From: a virus
IMG/VR virus record: IMGVR_UViG_3300021962_000028
Coordinates: 1-64,000 of that record
Length of the DNA: 64,000 nt
Direction: 5' to 3' (one strand)
The position numbers and the translations under genes are program-made. Below, one piece after another: positions 40,119 to 49,979 of this stretch. A model generated the notes under the pieces. The model was given only the letters and a program-made list of their open reading frames with translations, had not been told where the DNA came from and searched no databases. The number at the start of each line of letters is the position of its first letter. Within the stretch, counting starts at the first letter, position 1.

Positions 40119-41607
40119 AGACCAAGAATTTAATAACAAATTTAAACAACATTTGTTACAAACTTCGGGTGTTAAAAATATTCAAATTATAGAATATATT
40201 AATAATAATGAGTTTAGTCTATCAAGTCTTTATAATAAAGGTATTCAGGAATCTGAATATAATATTGTAGTTTGTTGTCATAACGATATCAAATTAGAAA
40301 AAAATTGGGGTAAGAAATTATTACAAGACTTTGATAGTAATCCTGATTATGGAATTATTGGTAAAGCTGGTTCTTGTTACTTTCCTGAATCAGGAATTTA
40401 TTGGGAGAGAATGACTCAGACTATGGTTGGTCAAGTTTACCATCACCCTAAAGATAGTAAAAAATGGATTAATCGTTATTCACCTAAACTACCTTTCTTA
40501 ATTCCCGTGGTAACTATTGATGGTCTTTTTATCTCATTTGATAAGACTAAAATTAAACACGGGTTTGACGAGTCTATTGGTAAATTTCACTATTATGACC
40601 ACCCATTCTGTCTTGCAAATTATTTAGACGGAGTTAAGATTGGGGTTACATCTTCTTTTGAAATAACTCACGAATCGATAGGGAAACCAAACGAAGAATT
40701 CTTTACATCTAAAGATATCTTTTTAAAAAAATATGGTGATAAACTACCGTTAGATTTAAAACCTTCAACACCATTCTTTACTGAGATAAAAGAAAAACCA
40801 ATTAAGAATGTAGGTAAAGTTGCGGTAATAATTCCAACAAAAGGAAAAACTAATCTTTTATTACAATGTTTACAATCATTTATCGAATATTCCAACTCTC
40901 AATCTTATCGTATTTTCGTGGCAGACACTGGGTCAAACAACGAAGAAATTTTAGAAATTAAAAAGTTTATTGAAGATAATTCATCATTAATCAACATAAC
41001 ATTACTTCAATATGATTATTATAATTTTGCAAAAATTAATAATGACGTTGTTTTAAATCATATAACTGATGAATATGAATATCTTTTATTTTGTAATAAT
41101 GATATTAAAATATTGAATAATGTGATAAACGATATGTTAAGTGTGTTCAAACAAAATTCAAATGTAGGTACTGTAGGAGCTAGATTACATTACGAAGATG
41201 GTACAGTACAACACGACGGTATTTTAATGTATCTTAAACAAGATAAGTCTTTACACGTATCTCATTTAGGTCTTAGAAATTACTACAATTACACAACAAC
41301 AACTAAAGAGGTTATCGGTAATACTGGTGCGTTATTAATGATTAGAAAAAATGTCTTCATTAAAATGGGAATGTTTAATGAAAAATACACCGCTTGTTTT
41401 GAAGACGTTGAACTTAATCTAAAGTGTCTAGTATCTGGTTTAAAAAACTATTTTACGGGTAACTCGGTGGCTTATCATTATGAATCCCAAACTAGAAATG
41501 AAGACCCTAAGGATATGGAAAAATTAATAAACGATTATAAGGATAACTTATACCCATATATTGTTCAAAACTTTGACAAGATAAAAAGACTCGTGATGGT
41601 CTTATAA
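40090..41607 (+). CDS. Two-domain GT2-like glycosyltransferase
   Basis: Domain 1 YNKG..CCHNDI..IDGLF..FHYYD; domain 2 VIIPT..ADTGS..CNNDI..FEDVEL. Confidence 0.85.
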   Translation: MITVIYSTHKDQEFNNKFKQHLLQTSGVKNIQIIEYINNNEFSLSSLYNKGIQESEYNIVVCCHNDIKLEKNWGKKLLQDFDSNPDYGIIGKAGSCYFPESGIYWERMTQTMVGQVYHHPKDSKKWINRYSPKLPFLIPVVTIDGLFISFDKTKIKHGFDESIGKFHYYDHPFCLANYLDGVKIGVTSSFEITHESIGKPNEEFFTSKDIFLKKYGDKLPLDLKPSTPFFTEIKEKPIKNVGKVAVIIPTKGKTNLLLQCLQSFIEYSNSQSYRIFVADTGSNNEEILEIKKFIEDNSSLINITLLQYDYYNFAKINNDVVLNHITDEYEYLLFCNNDIKILNNVINDMLSVFKQNSNVGTVGARLHYEDGTVQHDGILMYLKQDKSLHVSHLGLRNYYNYTTTTKEVIGNTGALLMIRKNVFIKMGMFNEKYTACFEDVELNLKCLVSGLKNYFTGNSVAYHYESQTRNEDPKDMEKLINDYKDNLYPYIVQNFDKIKRLVMVL

Positions 41608-41668
41608 TAATTACTACACAAATAAAATAATTTGAATATCATTAGTGTATAAATATTAATAAATCAAT

Positions 41669-42412
41669 ATGACTGAAAGAAGAAAAAAAGGTACAACTCA
41701 AACCCCAAAAGAAAGTGAGTATAAACCAACAATGTCTAAAAAAGAACTAATATCACAAATTATTAAGAAAAAGACCAAAGAAAAATTCTTAACAACTAAT
41801 CAGAAAAAATATTACGATACGTTAACGTCAAGTGAAATCACAGTTTGTTCAGGACCCGCTGGAGTTGGTAAAAGTTATATTACGATGAAAGCCGCGATTG
41901 ATTTAATTGCGGACCCTACAACCCCTTACGAAAAAATTATTATTGTTAGACCCGCGGTTGAGGCGGAGGAGAAATTAGGGTCGTTACCAGGGAATGTTGA
42001 AGAGAAACTAGACCCATATATTTTTCCATCTTATTATTTGTTAAATAAAATTATCGGTAAAGAAGCAAGAGAAAAACTTAAAGAGATTGAAGTTATCGAA
42101 GTTTTTGCTTTGGCGTATATGAGAGGTATGAACATCGACAACTCTATATTAATATTTGAAGAAGGACAAAACGCGTCACCAAGTCAAATGAAACTTCTTT
42201 TAACAAGAATTGGATTTAATAGTAAATTTTTTATATCAGGGGATGTTGAACAATCTGACAAATACCGAAATAAAACCCAAAGTGGATTATGGGACGCAAT
42301 TGAGAAATTTAGAGACTCAGGAGGAATTTCAATATTTGAATTTAAAGATAAGAATGATATAGTAAGAAACCCTTTAATTACTAAAATTTTAGAAAAATAC
42401 GAAGAACAATGA
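41669..42412 (+). CDS. phoH: PhoH-family ATPase
   Basis: GPAGVGKS, RPAVEA.EKLGSLPG, AYMRG, LLTRIG, SGDVEQSD, DIVRNPL. Confidence 0.93.
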   Translation: MTERRKKGTTQTPKESEYKPTMSKKELISQIIKKKTKEKFLTTNQKKYYDTLTSSEITVCSGPAGVGKSYITMKAAIDLIADPTTPYEKIIIVRPAVEAEEKLGSLPGNVEEKLDPYIFPSYYLLNKIIGKEAREKLKEIEVIEVFALAYMRGMNIDNSILIFEEGQNASPSQMKLLLTRIGFNSKFFISGDVEQSDKYRNKTQSGLWDAIEKFRDSGGISIFEFKDKNDIVRNPLITKILEKYEEQ

Positions 42413-43020
42413 GAATAGGTATCGAGATTAATGGTGTTTTAAGAGATACGATTGGTAAACTAGAAATGGTTTATAAAAAATATTTAATGGATAAAACTGA
42501 TGGGATGGAAGAAGATGAAAACCCATTTGAGTATGGTATGAATCTTCCTGTTACAAGTTTAAACTTAAGAGACCATTTTACGTTTAGAGATGATGAAGAA
42601 TTCTTCTCATTTCTTTACGATGAATTTCCTATGGAAATCTTTGGTCACGCAGGTTCTACCGAAACAATGACATTCAATGACTTTAACGAATTTTATGTTG
42701 AGTTTAGGAGTAATCACGATATTGTAGTGGTTTCTGATGAAATTGGTAAATCAAAACCTGCATCATTATTTTTTCTATCTAAATTTGGTTGTTTAACTGA
42801 AAAAGTAAAATTTTATAGTAATACCACAATAAATTCAATGTGGGATGAAATAGACCTTTTACTTACATCAAATCCTGACTTATTATTAGACTATCCAAAA
42901 AATAAAATTATTGTTAAATTTAACACAGACTACAATAAAGATATTAAAATGGAACACGAAATATCGTCAATAAAAGAACTAAAAGAAAAAATAAATCAAA
43001 TATATGGGACCAATGCTTAA
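42409..43020 (+). CDS. 5'(3')-nucleotidase-like HAD-fold protein with a degenerate catalytic motif
   Basis: RIGIEINGVLRD corresponds to canonical xGxDxDGVLxD. Confidence 0.6.
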   Translation: MRIGIEINGVLRDTIGKLEMVYKKYLMDKTDGMEEDENPFEYGMNLPVTSLNLRDHFTFRDDEEFFSFLYDEFPMEIFGHAGSTETMTFNDFNEFYVEFRSNHDIVVVSDEIGKSKPASLFFLSKFGCLTEKVKFYSNTTINSMWDEIDLLLTSNPDLLLDYPKNKIIVKFNTDYNKDIKMEHEISSIKELKEKINQIYGTNA

Positions 43021-43288
43021 GATAATGAACGAACACTATTTCTTAGATATCGACGAAATAGACAAATATATTCAAATTGAACCTAAAGAACCATTATCAG
43101 GTTATACAGGTGAAAATCACATTAGTATCGTAAAATACGAAACAGTTAAATTAATGTTAGAGATATTGATGGATGAGCAGGAGGAAATTGATGAAACTTT
43201 AGGTCACAAAGCTTCTTCCAATTTATCAATACCGTTTAAACTCGCGTTTAACACATTAATCAGTAAAAAAATCTTAAAATCATTTTAA
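43004..43288 (+). CDS. Hypothetical protein
   Basis: 94 aa; KYE..K..; FKLAFNTL; overlaps neighbours in the operon. Confidence 0.7.
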   Translation: MGPMLKIMNEHYFLDIDEIDKYIQIEPKEPLSGYTGENHISIVKYETVKLMLEILMDEQEEIDETLGHKASSNLSIPFKLAFNTLISKKILKSF

Positions 43289-43291
43289 ATT

Positions 43292-44350
43292 ATGGAACAA
43301 AATAGAATATTAAAACTACAAAAATCAATCGAGAATTTACAAAGTAAATCATCGAGAATTTACCTATTTGTACAGGATACTAAAGGTAATCCTAGAGCTT
43401 CGGTAAGATACATATATCAAATGGGTATGGCGTTAAAAAATAACGGGTTTAACCCAATCATTTTACACGAAAAGCCTGAATATGTCGGAGTTGCTGAGTG
43501 GTTAGGACCTGAATATATGGAACTACCTCATAAACCAATTGAAGGTCAGAATTTAGAGATTTCTCCTGAAGATTTTTTAATTATTCCTGAAATCTTTGGA
43601 TTTATTATGGAACAAGTTAAAGATTTACCTTGTGCTAAAATCGTACTTTGTCAAGCGTATGACCATATGATGGAAACCCTCCAACCTGGATTTGGGTGGA
43701 CAAACTACGGGTTCTACAAATGTATTACAACATCTGAATTCCAAAAAGATTATATCTCTTCAATTATGAGAGGTGTTAGTACTGACGTTCTTCCATTATA
43801 TATTGATGAGAAGTTTAAACCTACAAGCACCACTCAAAAACCAATCGTTGCGGTACATTCAAGAGACCAAAGAAAAACATTAAACTTTATTAAATCATTC
43901 TATTTAAAATTCCCTCAATATAGATGGATTACATTTAGAGATATGAGAGGATTAACTGAGGATGAATTCGCGAATAGTCTACAAGAGTGTTTTTTGAGTG
44001 TTTGGATTGACGAAACTAGCGGATTCGGGACGTTCCCAATGGAATCTATGAAATGTGGTGTACCAGTAATTGGTAAAATACCAAGTTTATTCCCTCATTG
44101 GATTAACGAAGATAACGGTTTGTGGTTATCGGAAGAAACTAAATTAACCGACTTTACCGCTGACTTTATTCAAAATTGGTTAGAGGATAATATCAAACCT
44201 GAACTATATACTGAAATGGAGAAAACTGTTTCATCTCTATCAAGTAAGGAGACTTTCGAAACTAGTGTTACTAAATTTTTCACAGATTATTTAGAGACAA
44301 GATACGAATCATTTAACGAACAATTAACAAAATTAAAAACTGAAGAATAA
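43292..44350 (+). CDS. GT-B (GT4-like) glycosyltransferase
   Basis: DFLIIPE, SGFGTFPMESMKCGVPVIG. Confidence 0.75.
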   Translation: MEQNRILKLQKSIENLQSKSSRIYLFVQDTKGNPRASVRYIYQMGMALKNNGFNPIILHEKPEYVGVAEWLGPEYMELPHKPIEGQNLEISPEDFLIIPEIFGFIMEQVKDLPCAKIVLCQAYDHMMETLQPGFGWTNYGFYKCITTSEFQKDYISSIMRGVSTDVLPLYIDEKFKPTSTTQKPIVAVHSRDQRKTLNFIKSFYLKFPQYRWITFRDMRGLTEDEFANSLQECFLSVWIDETSGFGTFPMESMKCGVPVIGKIPSLFPHWINEDNGLWLSEETKLTDFTADFIQNWLEDNIKPELYTEMEKTVSSLSSKETFETSVTKFFTDYLETRYESFNEQLTKLKTEE

Positions 44351-44351
44351 T

Positions 44352-45155
44352 ATGGAAAATACTTTTAACTTATCTGTAATACTACCAATCAAAACGGCAA
44401 CTGCAAAAGATTTTGACGAGTTTTTTGAAAAAGCAATCAAATCTGTATCAGAACAACAAACAAGTGTAAATGAGTTAGTTATTGTTCATACTGATGAAGA
44501 ACTATTAACCAAAAAAATAACTGAATATGATTTTGGAAACTTAAACGTAAAAAAATTAGTTTGGTCTGACGAAGCTAATTTTGCAAACCAAGTTAATTTT
44601 GGTATTTCACAATCAGAATCTGAATGGGTTTCAATTTTAGAATTTGACGATGAATACTCAAGCATTTGGTTTAAAAATGTGAAAAAATATTCTGAAATTT
44701 ATAAAGACGTTTCAGCATTTTTACCCATCGTTATTGATGTAGACGAAAAAGGAACATTCGCTGGTTTCACTAATGAAGCAACTTTCGCTCAAAACTTTTC
44801 ACAAGAGATTGGATTTTTGACTAACGAAACACTACAAGAATATCAAAACTTCCAAACTTCAGGAATGGCGTTTAAGAAAAGTTTAGTTAATGATTTTGGT
44901 GGTATTAAATCTAATTTTAAATTAACCTTTGTTTACGAATTTTTATTAAGACTGACATTTAATTCTGTACGAGTAATGACTATCCCGAAAATCGGGTATA
45001 AACACATTAACCTTAGAGAAGGGTCAATCTTTTGGAATCATAAATATGGTGCTGATAAATTATCCGAAAATGAGGTTAAGTTTTGGATAGACTCGGCTAA
45101 AAAAGAATACTTTTTCGCTGATGAAAGGCCATTAAATTATGAACCACAAGTTTAA
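44352..45155 (+). CDS. GT2-like glycosyltransferase
   Basis: LSVILPI, NFGI..SEWVSILEFDDEY. Confidence 0.75.
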   Translation: MENTFNLSVILPIKTATAKDFDEFFEKAIKSVSEQQTSVNELVIVHTDEELLTKKITEYDFGNLNVKKLVWSDEANFANQVNFGISQSESEWVSILEFDDEYSSIWFKNVKKYSEIYKDVSAFLPIVIDVDEKGTFAGFTNEATFAQNFSQEIGFLTNETLQEYQNFQTSGMAFKKSLVNDFGGIKSNFKLTFVYEFLLRLTFNSVRVMTIPKIGYKHINLREGSIFWNHKYGADKLSENEVKFWIDSAKKEYFFADERPLNYEPQV

Positions 45156-45910
45156 TGCAACTCACAACAAATGAATTAAGTGGGAACACAGAAAGTATTG
45201 AATCTAAAAAACGAGGAAGGAAGACAACACAAACGAACTATTTTGACGTACGAGAAGAAAATGCGGTTAGATTGTTTTTGGTTGAGCCTTCTTGGGAAGT
45301 AAGAAATAAGATTTATAATGAATACTTAAGAGACCCTTTAGACAAAATGATATCGTCGATTATTAGACGGTATAAACTCTATCGAAAAGATATGGACTTC
45401 ACAGAAATCCATACAGATACACATTCTTTTTTGATGACTAAAATTGAGAAATTTAAACCGTCAAAAGAAAAGAAAGCGTATTCCTATTTCGGTACTATCT
45501 GTAAAAACTATTTAATGGGTCAAATCATAAAAGACCAAAAAGAATTAAATAGAAAGATTTCATATGAGGACATTTCTTCGTCGTTAGAAGAAAATGTAAA
45601 ATTTTCATACTCTATAGATAATGAAGATGTTGACGCTACAATGGTAATTGAGAAGTTTAAACAGGAATTAAAAACATTTATAGATACCGAAAGTTTAAAT
45701 GATAACGAAACAAAATTAGGATATGCGTTAATTGATTTGTTCGACAACTATGAAGAGATTTTTATGGGGGCCGATAACAATAAGTTCAATAAAAACGTAA
45801 TCCTACTTTCATTACGAGAGATGACTAATTTATCAACGAAAGAAATTAGGAACTCGATGAAAAAATATAAGAAATTATACGGTAGTATTATAGGTATCAT
45901 TCTAAAATAA
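45155..45910 (+). CDS. Putative phage RNA polymerase sigma factor (gp55-like)
   Basis: NYF..EE.AV, KFKPSKEKKAYSYFGTICKNYL (region-2-like); C-terminal HTH-like segment. Confidence 0.65.
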   Translation: MQLTTNELSGNTESIESKKRGRKTTQTNYFDVREENAVRLFLVEPSWEVRNKIYNEYLRDPLDKMISSIIRRYKLYRKDMDFTEIHTDTHSFLMTKIEKFKPSKEKKAYSYFGTICKNYLMGQIIKDQKELNRKISYEDISSSLEENVKFSYSIDNEDVDATMVIEKFKQELKTFIDTESLNDNETKLGYALIDLFDNYEEIFMGADNNKFNKNVILLSLREMTNLSTKEIRNSMKKYKKLYGSIIGIILK

Positions 45911-45932
45911 ACGTTATAAGGTATTTATAGAT

Positions 45933-46304
45933 ATGAGTAGACCTAAGAAAAAAGAAATAAAATTTACAAAAGACTCTGTTCTAACAATTTTACAAGAAGT
46001 GTATAATGAAATTGTGGAACAGAGAAATACTGCATTAAGAATTCAAAATAAAATGTTGGCATTAATGAAAGATGCTGAGGATATGCAGACAATTGGACCA
46101 ATCATTAAAGAACAACAAAAAATTATTAATGACTGCGTTGAGAAAAAATTATCATTATCTAAATTACAATCTTCAATTTGGGAAAAATCATCAAAAGAGA
46201 CAAGTGATTTCACTATCGATGATTTGGATGATGATTTAATGGAATCTCTAATTAGTAGAGATGTTGAAAAAGTAGACGACTCTTATAAATTAAATAAAAA
46301 ATAA
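45933..46304 (+). CDS. Hypothetical coiled-coil protein
   Basis: 123 aa; TATTTAT just upstream. Confidence 0.75.
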   Translation: MSRPKKKEIKFTKDSVLTILQEVYNEIVEQRNTALRIQNKMLALMKDAEDMQTIGPIIKEQQKIINDCVEKKLSLSKLQSSIWEKSSKETSDFTIDDLDDDLMESLISRDVEKVDDSYKLNKK

Positions 46305-46309
46305 TAGTT

Positions 46310-48205
46310 ATGGGATTTGATTTAGAAAGTGGTTACGCCAGTATTGAAAATAAAATGAAGGCATCGAGAACTTATCTTGATACTAAAATGGCGTCTATTG
46401 ATTTAGAAAAAAACTCTGGTGATAATTTAGAACAGGCAAAACAAAAAGTACTTTCAAGTATTGATAAAGTCAAAGACCAAAAGAAGAGATTTCAAAGACA
46501 GATGAAAACTCAAATGGACCAAATGTTAAGTATGGTTCAATTTAATGGAGGGTCTGGTTCATCAACAATGAATTATATTAAAACTAAGTTTATTCAAGCC
46601 GCTTTAAGAGTAGAACCTAAAATATTTGACATACTTAATAAAGAGACTATAAATGCTTTAGGGTGTTCCCAACAACAGGCATATTCCGCACAAACAATTT
46701 ATATCAAAGTTAAAAGTGTTGATTTACAAAGATTATTAACTCGTGACCCTGATGAAGAAGTTGCGGCAGTTGCTTATGAGAAAGTAGCCCCAACACCCAA
46801 TCAAATTCCATATTCAATGAACAGACAAATGTGGGAAAGGTTACAAGATTTAAATGTACCTCAACCATTTTATGGGCGTTCAGGACAGAAACTATTTGAT
46901 ATTAGTTATGTTCAACAAGATGGTAATGGTATTAGTGGTGATTTCTACAAAATAGATTTAGTTAATAAAACTGTGGGAATGAATAAAGTAGCCAATTTTA
47001 TTGTCGATTATTATCGAGCAGTAAAAATAATTGATACGGGTAATTTATTTCAACAACTGATGGACCAAATCTCAGGGGCGGTTTCTTTTGACGCTAAAGT
47101 AGGTTTTGGTCAGTTAGAGGAAGAAAATAAATTTATGTTAATTCTACAAAGAATCTTAGGTTTATGTTTTGACAGTGCTAGAGAGATTGATATTAGTGGT
47201 AATTCTAAAGTTGCCGAGTTAGATGGTATTGATGAATCTTTCTTTGAATTTACTGATATGGATTTGAGGTACATTAACGACACAATTTCTAATATACAAA
47301 ATGGGGTTGTTGAGTTTGAGGATTGTGAGAATGTAAAACTACCTGTAGACAGTCAGTCAATAATGAATTCGTTATTAAAGTTTAATAAATTAACCAAAAT
47401 TGAAGACGAACAAACTTTGGCAGAACAATTAACAGAAACTTTGACAGGTAATGAAAAATGGAAATTTTTAGTCCCTAATTCTGTAGACATTAATTTAAGT
47501 GTTGATTTAAGTTTCTTAACTAATTTACCTAAGGCTATTATGATGGCATTATTATCTCCTAAGGTATTATTACCATTATACATAATGGCAAAAGCTATTG
47601 GTCAGTTAAGTGGATATGCTATCGAAAGTCTAATGGACTTTATGAAGGCATTTAAAAAATATTGTATAAATATTATGTCTAAAATAGGTTCTTTATTTGT
47701 TCAAGAACTTTTTGAAATCATTAAAAAAGATATTATGAATCTTATTTCCCAAATTATTAAAGATTTGGCAAAAGAAAAGGTTCTTAAAAAATACGTTATG
47801 ATTTTAAAACTAATACAACTCATAATGATTATTGCGAAATTTGTCGACGACTGGAGAAAATGTAAGAGTGTTGTCGACGAAATACTTGCGTTACTTACAT
47901 TAGTCACACCTGATTTTGGTGGAGGTATTCCAGCCCCTTTATTAGCCGCCGCTCAATTGTTACAAGGGTCATCACCAACAAGAGCATTTATTAACGGTGT
48001 ATCCGAATGGCAAAAAGTAGGTTTACCTACGGGAGCAATGCCTGACGGAAGTCCTAATTTGGCGTTACAGGCGATGATGGGACAAATTAAAGGTCAAGCT
48101 CAAGAACAAGATGAGAACGGTAAAGTACAAATCTTTATGAAACCATTAACAGTTACTCCAGCTGGTACATTACCATCTGCAGATATATACGGAAAAGCAT
48201 TCTAA
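46310..48205 (+). CDS. Hypothetical protein, likely virion/baseplate associated
   Basis: 631 aa with hydrophobic helices; upstream of the spike gene. Confidence 0.7.
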   Translation: MGFDLESGYASIENKMKASRTYLDTKMASIDLEKNSGDNLEQAKQKVLSSIDKVKDQKKRFQRQMKTQMDQMLSMVQFNGGSGSSTMNYIKTKFIQAALRVEPKIFDILNKETINALGCSQQQAYSAQTIYIKVKSVDLQRLLTRDPDEEVAAVAYEKVAPTPNQIPYSMNRQMWERLQDLNVPQPFYGRSGQKLFDISYVQQDGNGISGDFYKIDLVNKTVGMNKVANFIVDYYRAVKIIDTGNLFQQLMDQISGAVSFDAKVGFGQLEEENKFMLILQRILGLCFDSAREIDISGNSKVAELDGIDESFFEFTDMDLRYINDTISNIQNGVVEFEDCENVKLPVDSQSIMNSLLKFNKLTKIEDEQTLAEQLTETLTGNEKWKFLVPNSVDINLSVDLSFLTNLPKAIMMALLSPKVLLPLYIMAKAIGQLSGYAIESLMDFMKAFKKYCINIMSKIGSLFVQELFEIIKKDIMNLISQIIKDLAKEKVLKKYVMILKLIQLIMIIAKFVDDWRKCKSVVDEILALLTLVTPDFGGGIPAPLLAAAQLLQGSSPTRAFINGVSEWQKVGLPTGAMPDGSPNLALQAMMGQIKGQAQEQDENGKVQIFMKPLTVTPAGTLPSADIYGKAF

Positions 48206-48206
48206 T

Positions 48207-48416
48207 ATGGACGGTAGAGATAGAGTTAACAATATTGTTAAAGAGATTAAGGATAGTACAAATAATGAATTGTTATTTGCATTAAATTTCCTTAACGAAG
48301 ATTACGAAAAAACAAAAGAAATGATTATAAACTTAACCAAACATTTAGATAGTATTGAAATTGTTTATAATAAAGTATTAAAAGAACACGAAAAGAGACA
48401 CAATGGATTTAAATAA
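48207..48416 (+). CDS. Hypothetical coiled-coil protein
   Basis: 69 aa filling the gap between flanking genes. Confidence 0.65.
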   Translation: MDGRDRVNNIVKEIKDSTNNELLFALNFLNEDYEKTKEMIINLTKHLDSIEIVYNKVLKEHEKRHNGFK

Positions 48417-49950
48417 AAATAGAATTTTATGGTTTGCGAAAGTTAAAGACGTAAATGACCCGTTAATGCTTAATAGAGTTAGGGTTGATTTTGGTACTAA
48501 AAATAACGAATCAATTTTAAATGCAATACCAAATACTAAAAATGGTAAAGAGACTAAAGAAGGTGGTGATTTAAAACCTGAATTCAAATGGACTGAGATT
48601 GATTCATTCTGTTGTCTACCATTATTACCGTTATATCTAAACGTAACCCCTAAAAAAAATGAATCGGTTAACGTTATCTTCCCTGATAATGAATACCAAT
48701 ATGATGAACAATATTATATTCAAGGGTCTGTTACATCACCATTAACAGTTTATAACGAAAATTTCAACGCTCAAAGAATGTTCGCATCTAAGAACAGACT
48801 TGAGTCTCCAAAATTATTAAAAAATCCATTAAATAACGAATATTATATTACAAAAACTAAGGGTGTATTCATCGAACCTGAAGATATTGGTTTAATGGGT
48901 AGAGGAACTACAGATATTGTAATTAAAGACCGACACGTATTACTTAGAGCGGGTAAAAGTACAACAATGCCCGATAACCCAAATAAAGAAATTAACGCAA
49001 AGACAACTAGAAGTTTTATACAATTATCAGATTTTAATCAAAGAGAAGTTGCGTTACCTAATTCAGAATCAACTAGATTCCAAGAAAGTGTTTCATTTAC
49101 TAAGACACTTATTGAATGGAATGTTACAAACCCTGAAAATGCCGAGAATAAATTTAATTATATTGTTAGTCTTTATCGACTACCTGAAAAAGGTAAGAAA
49201 GAATATAATACTCAAAATATGACAATAGACACTGATGTGTTGAATGATGATAAATCTTTAATTTTTAGAATGCAGTTTTCCGCCGAAGGAGTTTTTGATT
49301 TAACTCAAAAAATTATTAAGTTTATTGGACAATGTAATGACGGTGAAATTAATATAACTCCTTATCCAATAACTAAATTGGAAAATCAATTTCCATTATT
49401 TGTAAGACCTTCTCCTGAAACTTTAAAATATATGGAATCCCCGTCATCAGGTGTTGAATTCTCAAATGTAACTGCAATTGCGTTAGCCATTGACTATAAG
49501 GCGTTAAAAAACGGTACTGGTCTTATCTATTCTAAAGATAAAATAGGACAACAATTTGAACTCGTAAAAGATGTTCAAAAACAAAAAGAGATTAAGAATG
49601 ACGCACCTATCACTTATAATATTACGGGAGCGGATAAATTATTATTTCTATCTCACGAAAGTAGGATTACAGGTAAAGAACAAATTGTTTTAGATGAAAC
49701 AACTATATACGGTATTGAACAAAATTATCTTATCTCTAACGTACTACCAAATACAGATGCTATGGTTAGGGGGGACGAATTAATGAAGTTTATGAACTTA
49801 GTAGTTAGGTTTTTATCCTCTCACGTACACGCATTTCACGGTATGCCACCAGTACCTGTTTCACAGGATGGTACTAACATTTCTGATATCTTTCAAAAAT
49901 TGGCAACCGCCCCTGAGATAATTCTTAATCAAAATATCAGAATTAATTAA
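48403..49950 (+). CDS. Baseplate hub / central spike protein (gp5/gpV-like)
   Basis: N-terminal OB-fold pattern VKDVNDPLMLNRVRV..W..PKKNESV.V; C-terminal VRGDEL..HVH. Confidence 0.65.
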   Translation: MDLNKNRILWFAKVKDVNDPLMLNRVRVDFGTKNNESILNAIPNTKNGKETKEGGDLKPEFKWTEIDSFCCLPLLPLYLNVTPKKNESVNVIFPDNEYQYDEQYYIQGSVTSPLTVYNENFNAQRMFASKNRLESPKLLKNPLNNEYYITKTKGVFIEPEDIGLMGRGTTDIVIKDRHVLLRAGKSTTMPDNPNKEINAKTTRSFIQLSDFNQREVALPNSESTRFQESVSFTKTLIEWNVTNPENAENKFNYIVSLYRLPEKGKKEYNTQNMTIDTDVLNDDKSLIFRMQFSAEGVFDLTQKIIKFIGQCNDGEINITPYPITKLENQFPLFVRPSPETLKYMESPSSGVEFSNVTAIALAIDYKALKNGTGLIYSKDKIGQQFELVKDVQKQKEIKNDAPITYNITGADKLLFLSHESRITGKEQIVLDETTIYGIEQNYLISNVLPNTDAMVRGDELMKFMNLVVRFLSSHVHAFHGMPPVPVSQDGTNISDIFQKLATAPEIILNQNIRIN

Positions 49951-49979
49951 TTCTTTGATATTTATAGGTAAAAGAATTA

